Virus record (IMG/VR): IMGVR_UViG_3300042453_005404 | Span: 62,001-126,000 of that record | Reading direction: 5' to 3' (one strand) | DNA: 64,000 bases | Shown: positions 33,086-42,535 of the stretch, in pieces | How positions within the stretch are numbered: the first letter of the stretch is position 1 | Layout: every line of letters starts with the position of its first letter | Made by a program: the position numbers and the translations under genes | Notes under the pieces: generated by a model | Told to the model about the DNA's origin: nothing | What the model saw: the letters and a program-made list of their open reading frames with translations, nothing else | Databases searched by the model: none

Positions 33086-35512
33086 ATGTCTATTCAACGT
33101 TTTGAGCCGGGAGATATCGAGTTTTTTACGATTCAAACGGTTCCCAGCACAACCTTTGTTTCTAGTAGTACAGGAGTAACTGGCGCTGCTTACGTTTATC
33201 CTCGTCGTTCAAATGCGATGAAAGATTATTACGTTAACTGGGCTGCTGTATCGGGAGCACCCACAGGTTCCTTTCAACAAATCAATGACATAGACGACGT
33301 TATTGCTTTCGCAAAACAATCAGAAAATCCAACACAACTTAATACCAGAATAAAAGACTATCTTTCTGTTGTAAAAAATCAACCAAAAAGCATTAGAAAT
33401 CAACAAAAACAAGAAGTTGTAAGATTTACTCCGGGTGTAAACCTTAACTTGGATATGACACGCAAGTTTGTTACAACAAACGTGCTTATGCCTTATTACA
33501 GCTTGTTTGGTACCAACTACAACTTTGCATTCACCAACTATAACTCTTTAAACTTTCTTACAGCAAGTGGTTTACCAACAGGATCAGCTTTGCTTTATCC
33601 CGCTTCTGGTTCTGCTTCTGGCGTGGGAACTCTTGTGTCTTCCAGCTATATTCCTAGTGGAGCGTTTTCTTTTGATTTTTGGATCAATCCAAAATACACA
33701 ATCGACACACAAACAAGTGAGTTTAAAGCTGGAACGATTCTGCACTTTTCTGGAGCTTATGCTTTGTCTCTTATCTCTGGATCAAGTCGAGATTCAAATG
33801 GTTTAACAGATGGCTATCGATTGCTTTTACAACTCAGCAGTTCAGCAACTAGTTTACCCTCAACAATAAATCCAGCAAACACAACCGGTTTAAGCTTTGT
33901 TTCAAACGATAACTGCTTAACAAGAAACACATGGCATCATGTAACAGTAAGATGGGGAACAAACAGTTATAACTTTGGTAGTGGTTCGTTTATGGTTAAC
34001 GGAATAGAACAAGGTACATTCTATATTCCGTCTGCCAGTGTTGCTCCTAAACAACAAACCGGTAAAGCATTTCAGTCAATCCTAGCAGTTGGAAACTTTT
34101 TAGAAACACCAGAAACAGGTACAGCTGGTTGGTTCTTTTCTGATATAGCTCAAACACGATTTGGTGTTCCTGTTTCCGAACCTGCATTTCTCTTAAATCC
34201 ACCAAACTATGATGAACCTCCAGCATATAAACTTGCACACCCTCTCAATGCAGAAGTGCATGAACTGAAAATCTATAACAAGTATCTTAGCCAAAATGAA
34301 ATAGCCTCAAGAAGCCTATCAGGAGCTCCATTAGGCGATCCAAATCTATTGTTCTATCTTCCCCCGCTATTCACAAAAGAATCGCCTACAAGGGCTGTAG
34401 ATAATACCGCCGCAGCCCTCGGAGGTGTGCTAGTGCATCCTTTCCAATGCATTGATGGAACAACCCAACATCCATTCAATGTCGATCTTAGCTTTGATAC
34501 AGGTGGACACTACATCAACCTAGAAAACTACACAAGAGACTTTGCTTCAGGAAACTATCCAAGACTGATAAACCTCACTGGAAGTGCTCTTGTTGGCAAC
34601 ACACAACAACTAACCGCAAATCAGTTTCTTTACAACACAGGCTCAGTTCGTAAAAACAGCTTAACTATTCTGCCAAACGATAACGGTCAGTTCACACCAA
34701 ACTATTATCAGTTACTAAACACACTTAGTTCAAGTGCGTTCGTTACCGATAAGGGCCAACAAGCCTTTAACTTGGTTACACTGCGAAATATGTATTCGTT
34801 GGAATCAATCTATGATCTTGTACCTCCAACTAGCGGAAGTGCAACTCTTAACACCGATCTAAATCCAAGAAGTATTATCGCTGCACTGTCTGGATTTGAT
34901 GTAACAAGTTCTCTTGGAACTCTTAACCCCCAACGCACGCCAACTATTCTTCAACGCACACAAGAAAACGGAAGTTTACAAGTTGTTATCTTTGACATAT
35001 CCAACTTGTTCTATGGCAACAAAATAGCTCCAAACACCTTTACAATCACCGATACAAACGTATCAAACAGTTATGGCAAGGTTGGTATCACTCTAAAAGA
35101 TGATGGCTTTGGAAGTCTTTATCGTGCTGATTGTTCTGGTTCACAAGCTTTAAACAACTCTGTTGGCAACATCTTTTATGACAACGGTATTGTGCTAATC
35201 AAAAATCCAAGCCTTTATTGGTTTGGAGAAAACGGTTTTGAATGCACCTTTCAAGGTGAACGTAACATCCACGTTATGAAGGCAGATTTGTACGCTAACC
35301 CTCTTGAACTTGTAAGCTCCAGTAATCCAAGTTGGAATCGTGACTTGGAAGCAACAGACTTTGCTAGTGATTTTGATAAGCGTTATGTGTATATCACCGA
35401 TCTATATCTTCATGACGATAATCTCAATGTCATCGCAAAGACAAAAATGGCTCAACCGGTTTTGAAACGTTCCGGCGATAAGCTCAAGTTTACGGTTAAG
35501 ATGGACTTTTGA
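33086..35512 (+). CDS. Tail-associated protein with LamG-like domain
   Basis: FSFDFWINP, WHHVTVRW, ELKIYNKYLS; C-terminal LYLHDD.LNVIAK.K.AQPV.K...KMDF. Confidence 0.6.
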   Translation: MSIQRFEPGDIEFFTIQTVPSTTFVSSSTGVTGAAYVYPRRSNAMKDYYVNWAAVSGAPTGSFQQINDIDDVIAFAKQSENPTQLNTRIKDYLSVVKNQPKSIRNQQKQEVVRFTPGVNLNLDMTRKFVTTNVLMPYYSLFGTNYNFAFTNYNSLNFLTASGLPTGSALLYPASGSASGVGTLVSSSYIPSGAFSFDFWINPKYTIDTQTSEFKAGTILHFSGAYALSLISGSSRDSNGLTDGYRLLLQLSSSATSLPSTINPANTTGLSFVSNDNCLTRNTWHHVTVRWGTNSYNFGSGSFMVNGIEQGTFYIPSASVAPKQQTGKAFQSILAVGNFLETPETGTAGWFFSDIAQTRFGVPVSEPAFLLNPPNYDEPPAYKLAHPLNAEVHELKIYNKYLSQNEIASRSLSGAPLGDPNLLFYLPPLFTKESPTRAVDNTAAALGGVLVHPFQCIDGTTQHPFNVDLSFDTGGHYINLENYTRDFASGNYPRLINLTGSALVGNTQQLTANQFLYNTGSVRKNSLTILPNDNGQFTPNYYQLLNTLSSSAFVTDKGQQAFNLVTLRNMYSLESIYDLVPPTSGSATLNTDLNPRSIIAALSGFDVTSSLGTLNPQRTPTILQRTQENGSLQVVIFDISNLFYGNKIAPNTFTITDTNVSNSYGKVGITLKDDGFGSLYRADCSGSQALNNSVGNIFYDNGIVLIKNPSLYWFGENGFECTFQGERNIHVMKADLYANPLELVSSSNPSWNRDLEATDFASDFDKRYVYITDLYLHDDNLNVIAKTKMAQPVLKRSGDKLKFTVKMDF

Positions 35513-35559
35513 TCTATACCCACTATTTATCATCACCTATACTACAATAGAGGTGAAAA

Positions 35560-36543
35560 ATGATAATAGAAGACAGAGTTGAATCGATTGCTGGTAAGCC
35601 AAAACAAAAACACAGAGTTGTTGTTTACGAATGTGATTTTTGTCACATTATTTTTACTCCAAAAAAGCTTGAGTATAAGCAACTAAAAAACAAAAACCAC
35701 TACTGTAAGCTTGAGTGTGCGTATGCTCATCGGAGATCGATGGAAAAAAGCTATAAAGCTTCTCCTAGAAAAGCAGAAGTTGAATGTTTTTATTGCAAGA
35801 AAGTTGTCCTGCAATGGAAAAATCAGATTGCTAAGTTCGAACATCATTTTTGTAGCAAACCTTGCCGTGGCGCAGCGATTAGAGAAGGTTTGATTGCTAA
35901 TAATGCACGAATGGATGAAGGAATAAAACAGAAGCTTCGTGAAGCTGCTTTGGAGAGATATAAGGACAAAGAAAATCATCCTATGCTTGGCAAGCATCAC
36001 ACAGAAGAAGCCAGAGAAAAAATTTCAAAACATCATAAAGAAACAGGTTGTTTCAACGGAGAAAAAAACCCTATGTATGGCAAAAACCATACAACAGAAA
36101 CCAGACAGAAAATGTCGGAGATCGTATCTTCTGAGATGATATCAGGCAAACGTAGGGCTTACGGGAAGAACTTCCATGAAAAGGGATATATTTTTTCTGA
36201 GAAGTTGAGCAAAGAAGTTTTCTATAAATCGTCTTGGGAAAAAGCAACGGTTGAATGGCTGGAAAAAGAAATAACAGTGAAAACGTTCACGTATGAGCCA
36301 TTTGCAATCACTTATAAACTAAATGAAGGAAACAGAGAGCACGTTCGCCGTTACATTCCAGATTTTCTCGTTGAATATGTCGATGGTCGCAAAGAACTTT
36401 GGGAAATCAAACCAGCAGTTTATTCAGAATCAGCCAAAGTAAAACAAAAACAGTCAGCTGCTGAAGAGTATTGCCAAACACATGGCATCGATGCTTATAA
36501 GCTACTGACAAAGCAATCATTAGAAGAGATGAACATCCTCTGA
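35560..36543 (+). CDS. Putative homing endonuclease: Zn-finger + NUMOD3 + TnsA-like PD-(D/E)xK
   Basis: CDFC/CFYC..FCS..C; two NP/HPM.GK.HT.E.R.K.S repeats; YKSSWE...YIPDFLV...WEIKP. Confidence 0.75.
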   Translation: MIIEDRVESIAGKPKQKHRVVVYECDFCHIIFTPKKLEYKQLKNKNHYCKLECAYAHRRSMEKSYKASPRKAEVECFYCKKVVLQWKNQIAKFEHHFCSKPCRGAAIREGLIANNARMDEGIKQKLREAALERYKDKENHPMLGKHHTEEAREKISKHHKETGCFNGEKNPMYGKNHTTETRQKMSEIVSSEMISGKRRAYGKNFHEKGYIFSEKLSKEVFYKSSWEKATVEWLEKEITVKTFTYEPFAITYKLNEGNREHVRRYIPDFLVEYVDGRKELWEIKPAVYSESAKVKQKQSAAEEYCQTHGIDAYKLLTKQSLEEMNIL

Positions 36544-36646
36544 GTTGATGTAACTAGCCCTTGAGATAAAATCCTTCCCTTCAAAAAGAAGAATGACTGT
36601 CTTTACACTCTTCTATTGGTTATCTTCCACACCGCTACTTATGGTT

Positions 36647-37378
36647 ATGATTAGATTATATCATTTTTTATTTGAGAACACACAACAGACTGTTTTTATA
36701 AATGCGTTGAAAACATTCATGGAAAAAAACCCAGATTCAATATTGACCAATGCAATCGGTGATCCACAAGAGTTTTACGAAGCCAACAAGAATAAAATTG
36801 ATGGTATACTGAGCGACACTACCAACTTCAGCTTTCTTGGTGCTGGAATGAATGGTGCTGCGTTCAATCTTGGTGATAGAGTGCTAAAGTTACAACAACA
36901 AGATATTCGAGCAAAAAAAATCTTAAAAACTTACAGCGGCAAAGAAAAAAAAGGTTTGCACTATCCCATGATATACGATCATGGTACCTTGATTGCTCCA
37001 ACAACCAAAAAATCGATTGATTATACTGTTTTAGAAAAGTTTGAAACCAGCTTTGTTAAAGATCCTGATATAAGATGGCTGATTGACAGACTTGTTTTAA
37101 CAACCAACATGAAAATCACACAGCAAAACCCAGCCACAAAAAAACCTTATACCCAAGATGAACTAAAAGAAACAATAAAAAACAGTATACTCAACAATGA
37201 GCGAGCAAGCGAAATATACCCAAAATTAACCGAAAAGCTAAGACTAAAAGCAGATTGGTTGGAACGTTTGATCGAGGATATGGTGGCTTTGCAAAATGAA
37301 GAAATTCTTGACAGTGTTGGCGCAAATCTAGGAGTGAGAAGATTAGGGTCTGAAGGTTATTTGGTTTTCTTTGACTGA
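36647..37378 (+). CDS. Protein kinase/APH-like protein
   Basis: FLGAGMNGAAF...VLKL Gly loop and lysine; D..GANLG...LVFFD; start inferred at MIRLYHFLFE. Confidence 0.5.
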   Translation: MIRLYHFLFENTQQTVFINALKTFMEKNPDSILTNAIGDPQEFYEANKNKIDGILSDTTNFSFLGAGMNGAAFNLGDRVLKLQQQDIRAKKILKTYSGKEKKGLHYPMIYDHGTLIAPTTKKSIDYTVLEKFETSFVKDPDIRWLIDRLVLTTNMKITQQNPATKKPYTQDELKETIKNSILNNERASEIYPKLTEKLRLKADWLERLIEDMVALQNEEILDSVGANLGVRRLGSEGYLVFFD

Positions 37379-37415
37379 GGTGTTGTCCACGATTCAACTA
37401 TATATATTATATCGT

Positions 37416-38420
37416 ATGAAGAGGATAAAAGAAGCAACACGTTACAAGAGAGAAACAGGATTAACCTTGCCTCGTTGGCAAGATCAAATAATAAAGTATG
37501 AAAAAGAAGGTGGATACTTTATTCACTTTTCTATTGTTCCAAGAATGAACTTGTATATTGTCAACAAATACAATACACCTATTGGATTTTACGCATATGC
37601 GTTAGATAAATCAAAGATAGAAAATTTTGCCGCTGATAGACCTTACGCTATTATTTTCAAACCTAAATCCGAAGCAAGAATTTTAGAACTTAAAACATAT
37701 AGCGAAACTGATTTAAAAAAAGATATTGATAAGCTTGTAGAAATGGGGTATCCGTTAGAAACCATCGAAAAAGCAGAGAAAGAAGCCCGAGTTAAATCTC
37801 CCGGCGGAAAGATTTGGAATGTCACAAGAGTTTTAAGTGGTAGTGCTGGGATACAAAACCGTGAAAGAACAAGAGGAGGTGGAGAGACAGGTAAATGGTC
37901 AGTGCTTTTAAAAAAGCTTGGTTATGATGGAGTAAATGACGATTGTTTGCGTGTGATTGACGTTCAAGAATCATGTCAAGCTGTATTTTTTGATACCACC
38001 AAACTTGATTTAGTAAAAATTGTTGATCTTAAAGGTGCTAAAATAAAATTTCACACAGATTTGTTTGATGTTGAATCTAGAGAACTGAAAACGGCTCTAA
38101 AGGTATCAAAACTTGGAAAAGGCACAAAAGATCTTGTAAATCACAAATCCAAAGAGGTTCGTAGGAATCTAGCAACGAAAACAACCGACCCAGAGATCTT
38201 AAGACTTTTGGCTGACGATACCGTTGACGATGTTGTTTGGGACGTTGCAGAAAATCTAAAAACTCCGCCCGACGTTTTAAGAGATATAGCAAACAATACC
38301 CATCGTCGCCATTTAGGTGGTGTTCGTCAAGCGGCAAAAGATACACTTGAAAAACTTAACCTTAATCTAGAAGAAGCTTTGATTATGGAAAAGTTATTGT
38401 GGAAACTACTAAAACGATAA
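37416..38420 (+). CDS. Hypothetical protein, possible ART-like N-terminal domain plus C-terminal HEAT/LRV repeats
   Basis: FIHFS...YNTP.G.YAY...LGYDGV.D...E..QAVFF; VRRNLA.KT..PEIL..LADD....VWDVAEN.KTP..VL. Confidence 0.45.
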   Translation: MKRIKEATRYKRETGLTLPRWQDQIIKYEKEGGYFIHFSIVPRMNLYIVNKYNTPIGFYAYALDKSKIENFAADRPYAIIFKPKSEARILELKTYSETDLKKDIDKLVEMGYPLETIEKAEKEARVKSPGGKIWNVTRVLSGSAGIQNRERTRGGGETGKWSVLLKKLGYDGVNDDCLRVIDVQESCQAVFFDTTKLDLVKIVDLKGAKIKFHTDLFDVESRELKTALKVSKLGKGTKDLVNHKSKEVRRNLATKTTDPEILRLLADDTVDDVVWDVAENLKTPPDVLRDIANNTHRRHLGGVRQAAKDTLEKLNLNLEEALIMEKLLWKLLKR

Positions 38421-38836
38421 AGAAACCTGTAAAACGTAGACGTAAGCGCCATTACATCACAGGCATTCATCACTCTCCTAAGTGTTCAACTCCAATAAAA
38501 TATCGCTCTGGGTGGGAATACACGGTTGCGCTCTATCTTGATCAAGATCCAAACGTATTATCCTACGAATATGAGAGCATTAACATTCGATATGCAGTGG
38601 CTGGGAAGTACAGAACCTATACCCCAGACTTTCTCATCCTTTATAAAGACGGTAAAAAGGTTATTGTTGAAGTTAAGCGTGCAGACAAGCTTACTGATCG
38701 TAAGGTTATTGCCAAGGCTACCGCAACAAGAAAATGGTTAAAAGAGAATAAGTTGGATGATTATAGCTACGAGTTTTGGACTAATGCTGTGATAGAGGGA
38801 TTTACGAAGTTGTTAGAAGCAAAGACTAAGACTTAG
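38399..38836 (+). CDS. TnsA-N/T4 gp4-like (head completion) endonuclease
   Basis: YRSGWE...LD.DPNV..YEYE...Y.PDFL......EVK. Confidence 0.75.
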   Translation: METTKTIKKPVKRRRKRHYITGIHHSPKCSTPIKYRSGWEYTVALYLDQDPNVLSYEYESINIRYAVAGKYRTYTPDFLILYKDGKKVIVEVKRADKLTDRKVIAKATATRKWLKENKLDDYSYEFWTNAVIEGFTKLLEAKTKT

Positions 38837-39728
38837 TTTTCAAAAGATTTCTTGCGATTGAGAGTTTACGTTCAGCGGTTTCTCTGTTTTCTGAACGCTC
38901 TTTTTCTGCTTTTTGTTCTTGTTGTTTTCTAAGGTCTGGAAGGTACCGAGAATATATTTCTCTCTCGATGCGACTACCAGCTCTTGCTTTATATTTTGTT
39001 ATAGCTGCATATTTTTTGATTTTTTGTTCGATCCAATCTGGAGAAAGGAAATATTCAAGTTTATCAACAACGTTTTCTAGTTCTTGTTTGTTAAGAAGCT
39101 TGAGAGATTCATCTGAAGCTTGTAGGATTCTTTCGAACGACGCAGGCTGTAGACTGTAGGCTGTTACAGTTTTCTCTAGTTCGCCTGTGGGGCTAACAGT
39201 ATATTGAGTTTCATGCGTGGTTTTTTGACCGCCACGGTAGTTTTGATCATCAGTTATGCCCTTAAAGAACTCTTCAACTTTACCTGTTTTTTTACCAGCA
39301 ATGTGCACATGCTGCAACAGTTCTTTGGGTATAAACGTTTCAATATCCCATCCCCACGCTCCTAATGCTGAATCAGGATGTTGCTCTATGGATTCTTCTG
39401 CTCTTGCCTCATGTTCTTTTTTTGCTTGATCTAAAACCCATTTAGGCAACGCAAGTTTGTAAAGGGTAACGTTTTTGTATTTCTGGCCTTCTGTTGCCCC
39501 GAATCTACCTTTGTTTGCTGCCCACGCCGCCCAACTGTTTTTTATGGCATTTAGTGGAGCGGTAAACAAGCCTAGATTTTCGAACTTTGGACTATACACA
39601 CCAGCTTGGATTTGTCTGTCTGACATGTTGGCATTATCTGATATGTGATAAGTGTATACTGTTTTGGTATTGAGTTTAGCTTCTAGAATCAACGTTTCGA
39701 TCAAAAGCTTTAAGTTCGATATTGTCAT
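38826..39728 (-). CDS. Hypothetical protein (possible ART-like fold)
   Basis: Start inferred at MTISNLKLLIE; YHIS...GLF...W...E.FIP pattern. Confidence 0.5.
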   Translation of the reverse strand: MTISNLKLLIETLILEAKLNTKTVYTYHISDNANMSDRQIQAGVYSPKFENLGLFTAPLNAIKNSWAAWAANKGRFGATEGQKYKNVTLYKLALPKWVLDQAKKEHEARAEESIEQHPDSALGAWGWDIETFIPKELLQHVHIAGKKTGKVEEFFKGITDDQNYRGGQKTTHETQYTVSPTGELEKTVTAYSLQPASFERILQASDESLKLLNKQELENVVDKLEYFLSPDWIEQKIKKYAAITKYKARAGSRIEREIYSRYLPDLRKQQEQKAEKERSENRETAERKLSIARNLLKTKS

Positions 39729-39791
39729 ATTCGTAAATATTGTTTGAGAACAAAAAACGTGTGTGGTAATCTGGCAAAAGGAGTTGCAACC

Positions 39792-40295
39792 ATGCAATAT
39801 TACGTTTCAGTTGGCAACAAAGACAAAACCATTACTTCAACCAAGTTTTATTCCTCACTTGAAACTGCTCTTGTGGTAGGTAAAAGTATGATGGCTCATT
39901 GCGAGCCCAACGATCATTATTTTCAAATCGGAAATCGCACAAAGGTTTTCACATCAGCTTATCAACGTAACGCACAAAACGAATGGATTGCGCTGTATAA
40001 TCCTGTGTGGTCAAACGAAATGTTGCAAAAGCAACAGCGATATCTTTATATCAAAGTTCCTCGTACCAAAGACATGGCATTCAAAACAGGTTGGGGCTGG
40101 ACCAATGCTGTTGTTGAACAGTTTCAAACCAAGTTTGGTGTTGAGTTTCTTGATTTGAAAGAAAAGTGGCAAGACCACGCAGAGCGATCAACAAATCATA
40201 AAACGTATTATCGTTTGAAATACTCATGCATTATTCCAGAGCAATCACTTGATTCTCTTCGCCGTGCATATGGTTGCGAGGTATCCGAGCGATGA
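39792..40295 (+). CDS. Hypothetical protein
   Basis: AAGGAG RBS and sigma70-like promoter (TTGAGA 39744, 17 nt, TAATCT 39767). Confidence 0.6.
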   Translation: MQYYVSVGNKDKTITSTKFYSSLETALVVGKSMMAHCEPNDHYFQIGNRTKVFTSAYQRNAQNEWIALYNPVWSNEMLQKQQRYLYIKVPRTKDMAFKTGWGWTNAVVEQFQTKFGVEFLDLKEKWQDHAERSTNHKTYYRLKYSCIIPEQSLDSLRRAYGCEVSER

Positions 40296-40375
40296 TTATG
40301 TTTGTTGCGATGTGGGGATTTATGGGTTTAGGTTTTTACGTTGATACGCTAAAATACAAAAGAAGGTGATGTGAA

Positions 40376-40636
40376 ATGAACAACGAAGAACCAGATTTCA
40401 TCTATGGTTGTGGACACAGTTGCGTGTTTAGATTTCCTAAAGTTGGTGGAGTTGCAACCAATGGCTCATGTCATTGTGTGCCTCGCAGTATGTCTCCAAT
40501 GGAGCAAGTGGAGCTACGTAAAAAGATTCGTGATCTTGTAAACTATGCTTCTGTTCTAAGGTTGGAACACAAACAACGACAAGAGCTTTATGCCTCGTCG
40601 CCATCTGATCCGAACGAAGTGATTTTAGGTTGTTAA
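40376..40636 (+). CDS. Hypothetical protein
   Basis: GAAGGTG RBS-like sequence; C/H-rich N-terminus. Confidence 0.5.
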   Translation: MNNEEPDFIYGCGHSCVFRFPKVGGVATNGSCHCVPRSMSPMEQVELRKKIRDLVNYASVLRLEHKQRQELYASSPSDPNEVILGC

Positions 40637-40646
40637 AGGAAACACT

Positions 40647-41207
40647 ATGAAGTATTATTTGGGTTTAGATATTTCCACAAGCTGTACTGGAATATGCTTG
40701 ATTGACGAAAACGAACAAGTTATTGTTCTTGATGCTGTGAAATTGACTTCGACCACACTAAGTAATATGTGGGAAAAGGCAGACAGAGGTATTGAAGAGA
40801 TAAAAAAACTTGTTGGTGATAAAAAGATCGAGCGCATATTTGTTGAAGCAAATGCTAAGATGTTTAGCACAGGTTTCAGCAGTGCAGATACGCTACTTAC
40901 ACTAGCCAAGTTTAACGGTTTGATATCATATCTTTCCCATAAAGCTTATAAGGCAGAAGTTGTTGATGTTAACGTAACATCTGCACGCAAGGCTGTTGGG
41001 TTCAAGAATACCAAAGTCGATAAACGTCCCGTAAAAGAAAAGGTATTTGACCATGTTAAAGCTTTGCATCCAGAACTTCCTTGGAAACGCCATGTTGCCA
41101 AAACGGGCAAAAGCCAAGGACAAGAAGTCTACAACCCAGAATGCAAAGACATGAGCGACGCTTATGTTATTGCAGTAGGTGGAAAAAGATTAATACCATT
41201 CCTATAG
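40647..41207 (+). CDS. ruvC: RuvC-like Holliday junction resolvase
   Basis: LGLDISTSCTG, IFVE, SARK, DMSDAYVIA. Confidence 0.85.
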   Translation: MKYYLGLDISTSCTGICLIDENEQVIVLDAVKLTSTTLSNMWEKADRGIEEIKKLVGDKKIERIFVEANAKMFSTGFSSADTLLTLAKFNGLISYLSHKAYKAEVVDVNVTSARKAVGFKNTKVDKRPVKEKVFDHVKALHPELPWKRHVAKTGKSQGQEVYNPECKDMSDAYVIAVGGKRLIPFL

Positions 41208-41211
41208 CTGA

Positions 41212-41916
41212 TTAAGCAACTTTCTTCGCAGCTTTTGCAAGTGACCCGCTAGCATATTTTCCCCCAGAAGAACCTATGAAATAAGCAAAACCGTCATACT
41301 CAACAGGTCCAACAGAAATAGTTTCCTTTTCGCTTGCAAAGGATGAGGCTACGACCCTTGCAAGTTTTCCCGGTGCTCCAAAGAAGTTATTTCCTTCTGC
41401 ATATGTTCTAGCAGCAAATATTATGCTGACCGTTTCTCCCGGAGGTATCCCGTGGAGGCCGCCTCTACTATCACTAAAGTCTGCGGCACGATTCACATTA
41501 GTACTCCAACTTTGGAGCAGTTTGCCTTTTGATGGCTTAAGCTTATTTGGTAAATTCATGGTAACGTATTTGTTATACTTAATTTCTTCACCATAAGGCT
41601 TTATTAAACCTGACAATCTTTCTCTGGATATTACCATGCCTCGGTATACTTTTATATCGCCGGAAGAAAGAAGCGTAGTGTATTTGTTTTGATTTAACAA
41701 ATTCAATATTTTTTGCGAATATTTTTTTAGAGATTTTTGATCGTTGCCTTGAAACATGTCTAAGAGCGCATAGTAGAGTAACTCTTCTTCTCTTGTATTT
41801 CCTTCTTTGGGTACTGGAACATCTGTTCGTTGTGGAGCAAACAAATATTCTCCATAAGGATCACTTTTATTCGCTTCCGGTTTTATAGCTTCATATAAAA
41901 ATTTATCAAGCTTCAT
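41212..41916 (-). CDS. R-S-E type ADP-ribosyltransferase-like protein
   Basis: KVYRGM, QSWST, SEKETISVG. Confidence 0.6.
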   Translation of the reverse strand: MKLDKFLYEAIKPEANKSDPYGEYLFAPQRTDVPVPKEGNTREEELLYYALLDMFQGNDQKSLKKYSQKILNLLNQNKYTTLLSSGDIKVYRGMVISRERLSGLIKPYGEEIKYNKYVTMNLPNKLKPSKGKLLQSWSTNVNRAADFSDSRGGLHGIPPGETVSIIFAARTYAEGNNFFGAPGKLARVVASSFASEKETISVGPVEYDGFAYFIGSSGGKYASGSLAKAAKKVA

Positions 41917-41919
41917 GTT

Positions 41920-42534
41920 TCATGACTCCTCAAAAGACAAAACAAGTGATTTTAGTTTTCTGATATCTACAGAATGTGGATCTCGCCCTAAAAAGCTTTT
42001 GGGTGGTATTGCCATAACGAATCCTTCGTGTTGAACTTTACCAATAGATATGGTTTCCATTTCACTAGCACGTTCCGGCATCACGGTTTTTGCTAGTATT
42101 CCCGGCTTGCCAAAGAATTTGCCTTTTGTTGCTGTTGCAATAAACACAACAGGTATTTCTCCTTCTACATCTGGATCAACCGCAAACTGTATTCCTACAT
42201 TTGGATCTGCTGACCAACTTTGAATAATGCGCTTGGTTGGAATATCACCAGAACCTTTAAACGTTCGATATATCACACCACTTTTACTGGTTTCTTCTGT
42301 GTAGTTTTTACCATTGCAAAGCTTTTCTGCGTCATCATAGAAAAGCTTCATGCCACGGTAAACCACGACCCCAGCTGGATCGATTATTTCAGAATATTCA
42401 TGAGAAGCAATAAGCTTTTCAATCTCAGGCATCGCTGCTTCTAGTTTGTCAGTTTTGTTGCTGGCAACAAATGACTTAAGAGCATCAAACAATTCTGGAG
42501 AAAACTGCTCATATAAAAGCGAGGTGAGTTTCAT
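41920..42534 (-). CDS. R-S-E type ADP-ribosyltransferase-like protein (paralogue of 41212)
   Basis: VVYRGM, QSWSA, SEMETISIG; start at MKLTSLLYE. Confidence 0.6.
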   Translation of the reverse strand: MKLTSLLYEQFSPELFDALKSFVASNKTDKLEAAMPEIEKLIASHEYSEIIDPAGVVVYRGMKLFYDDAEKLCNGKNYTEETSKSGVIYRTFKGSGDIPTKRIIQSWSADPNVGIQFAVDPDVEGEIPVVFIATATKGKFFGKPGILAKTVMPERASEMETISIGKVQHEGFVMAIPPKSFLGRDPHSVDIRKLKSLVLSFEES

Positions 42535-42535
42535 T

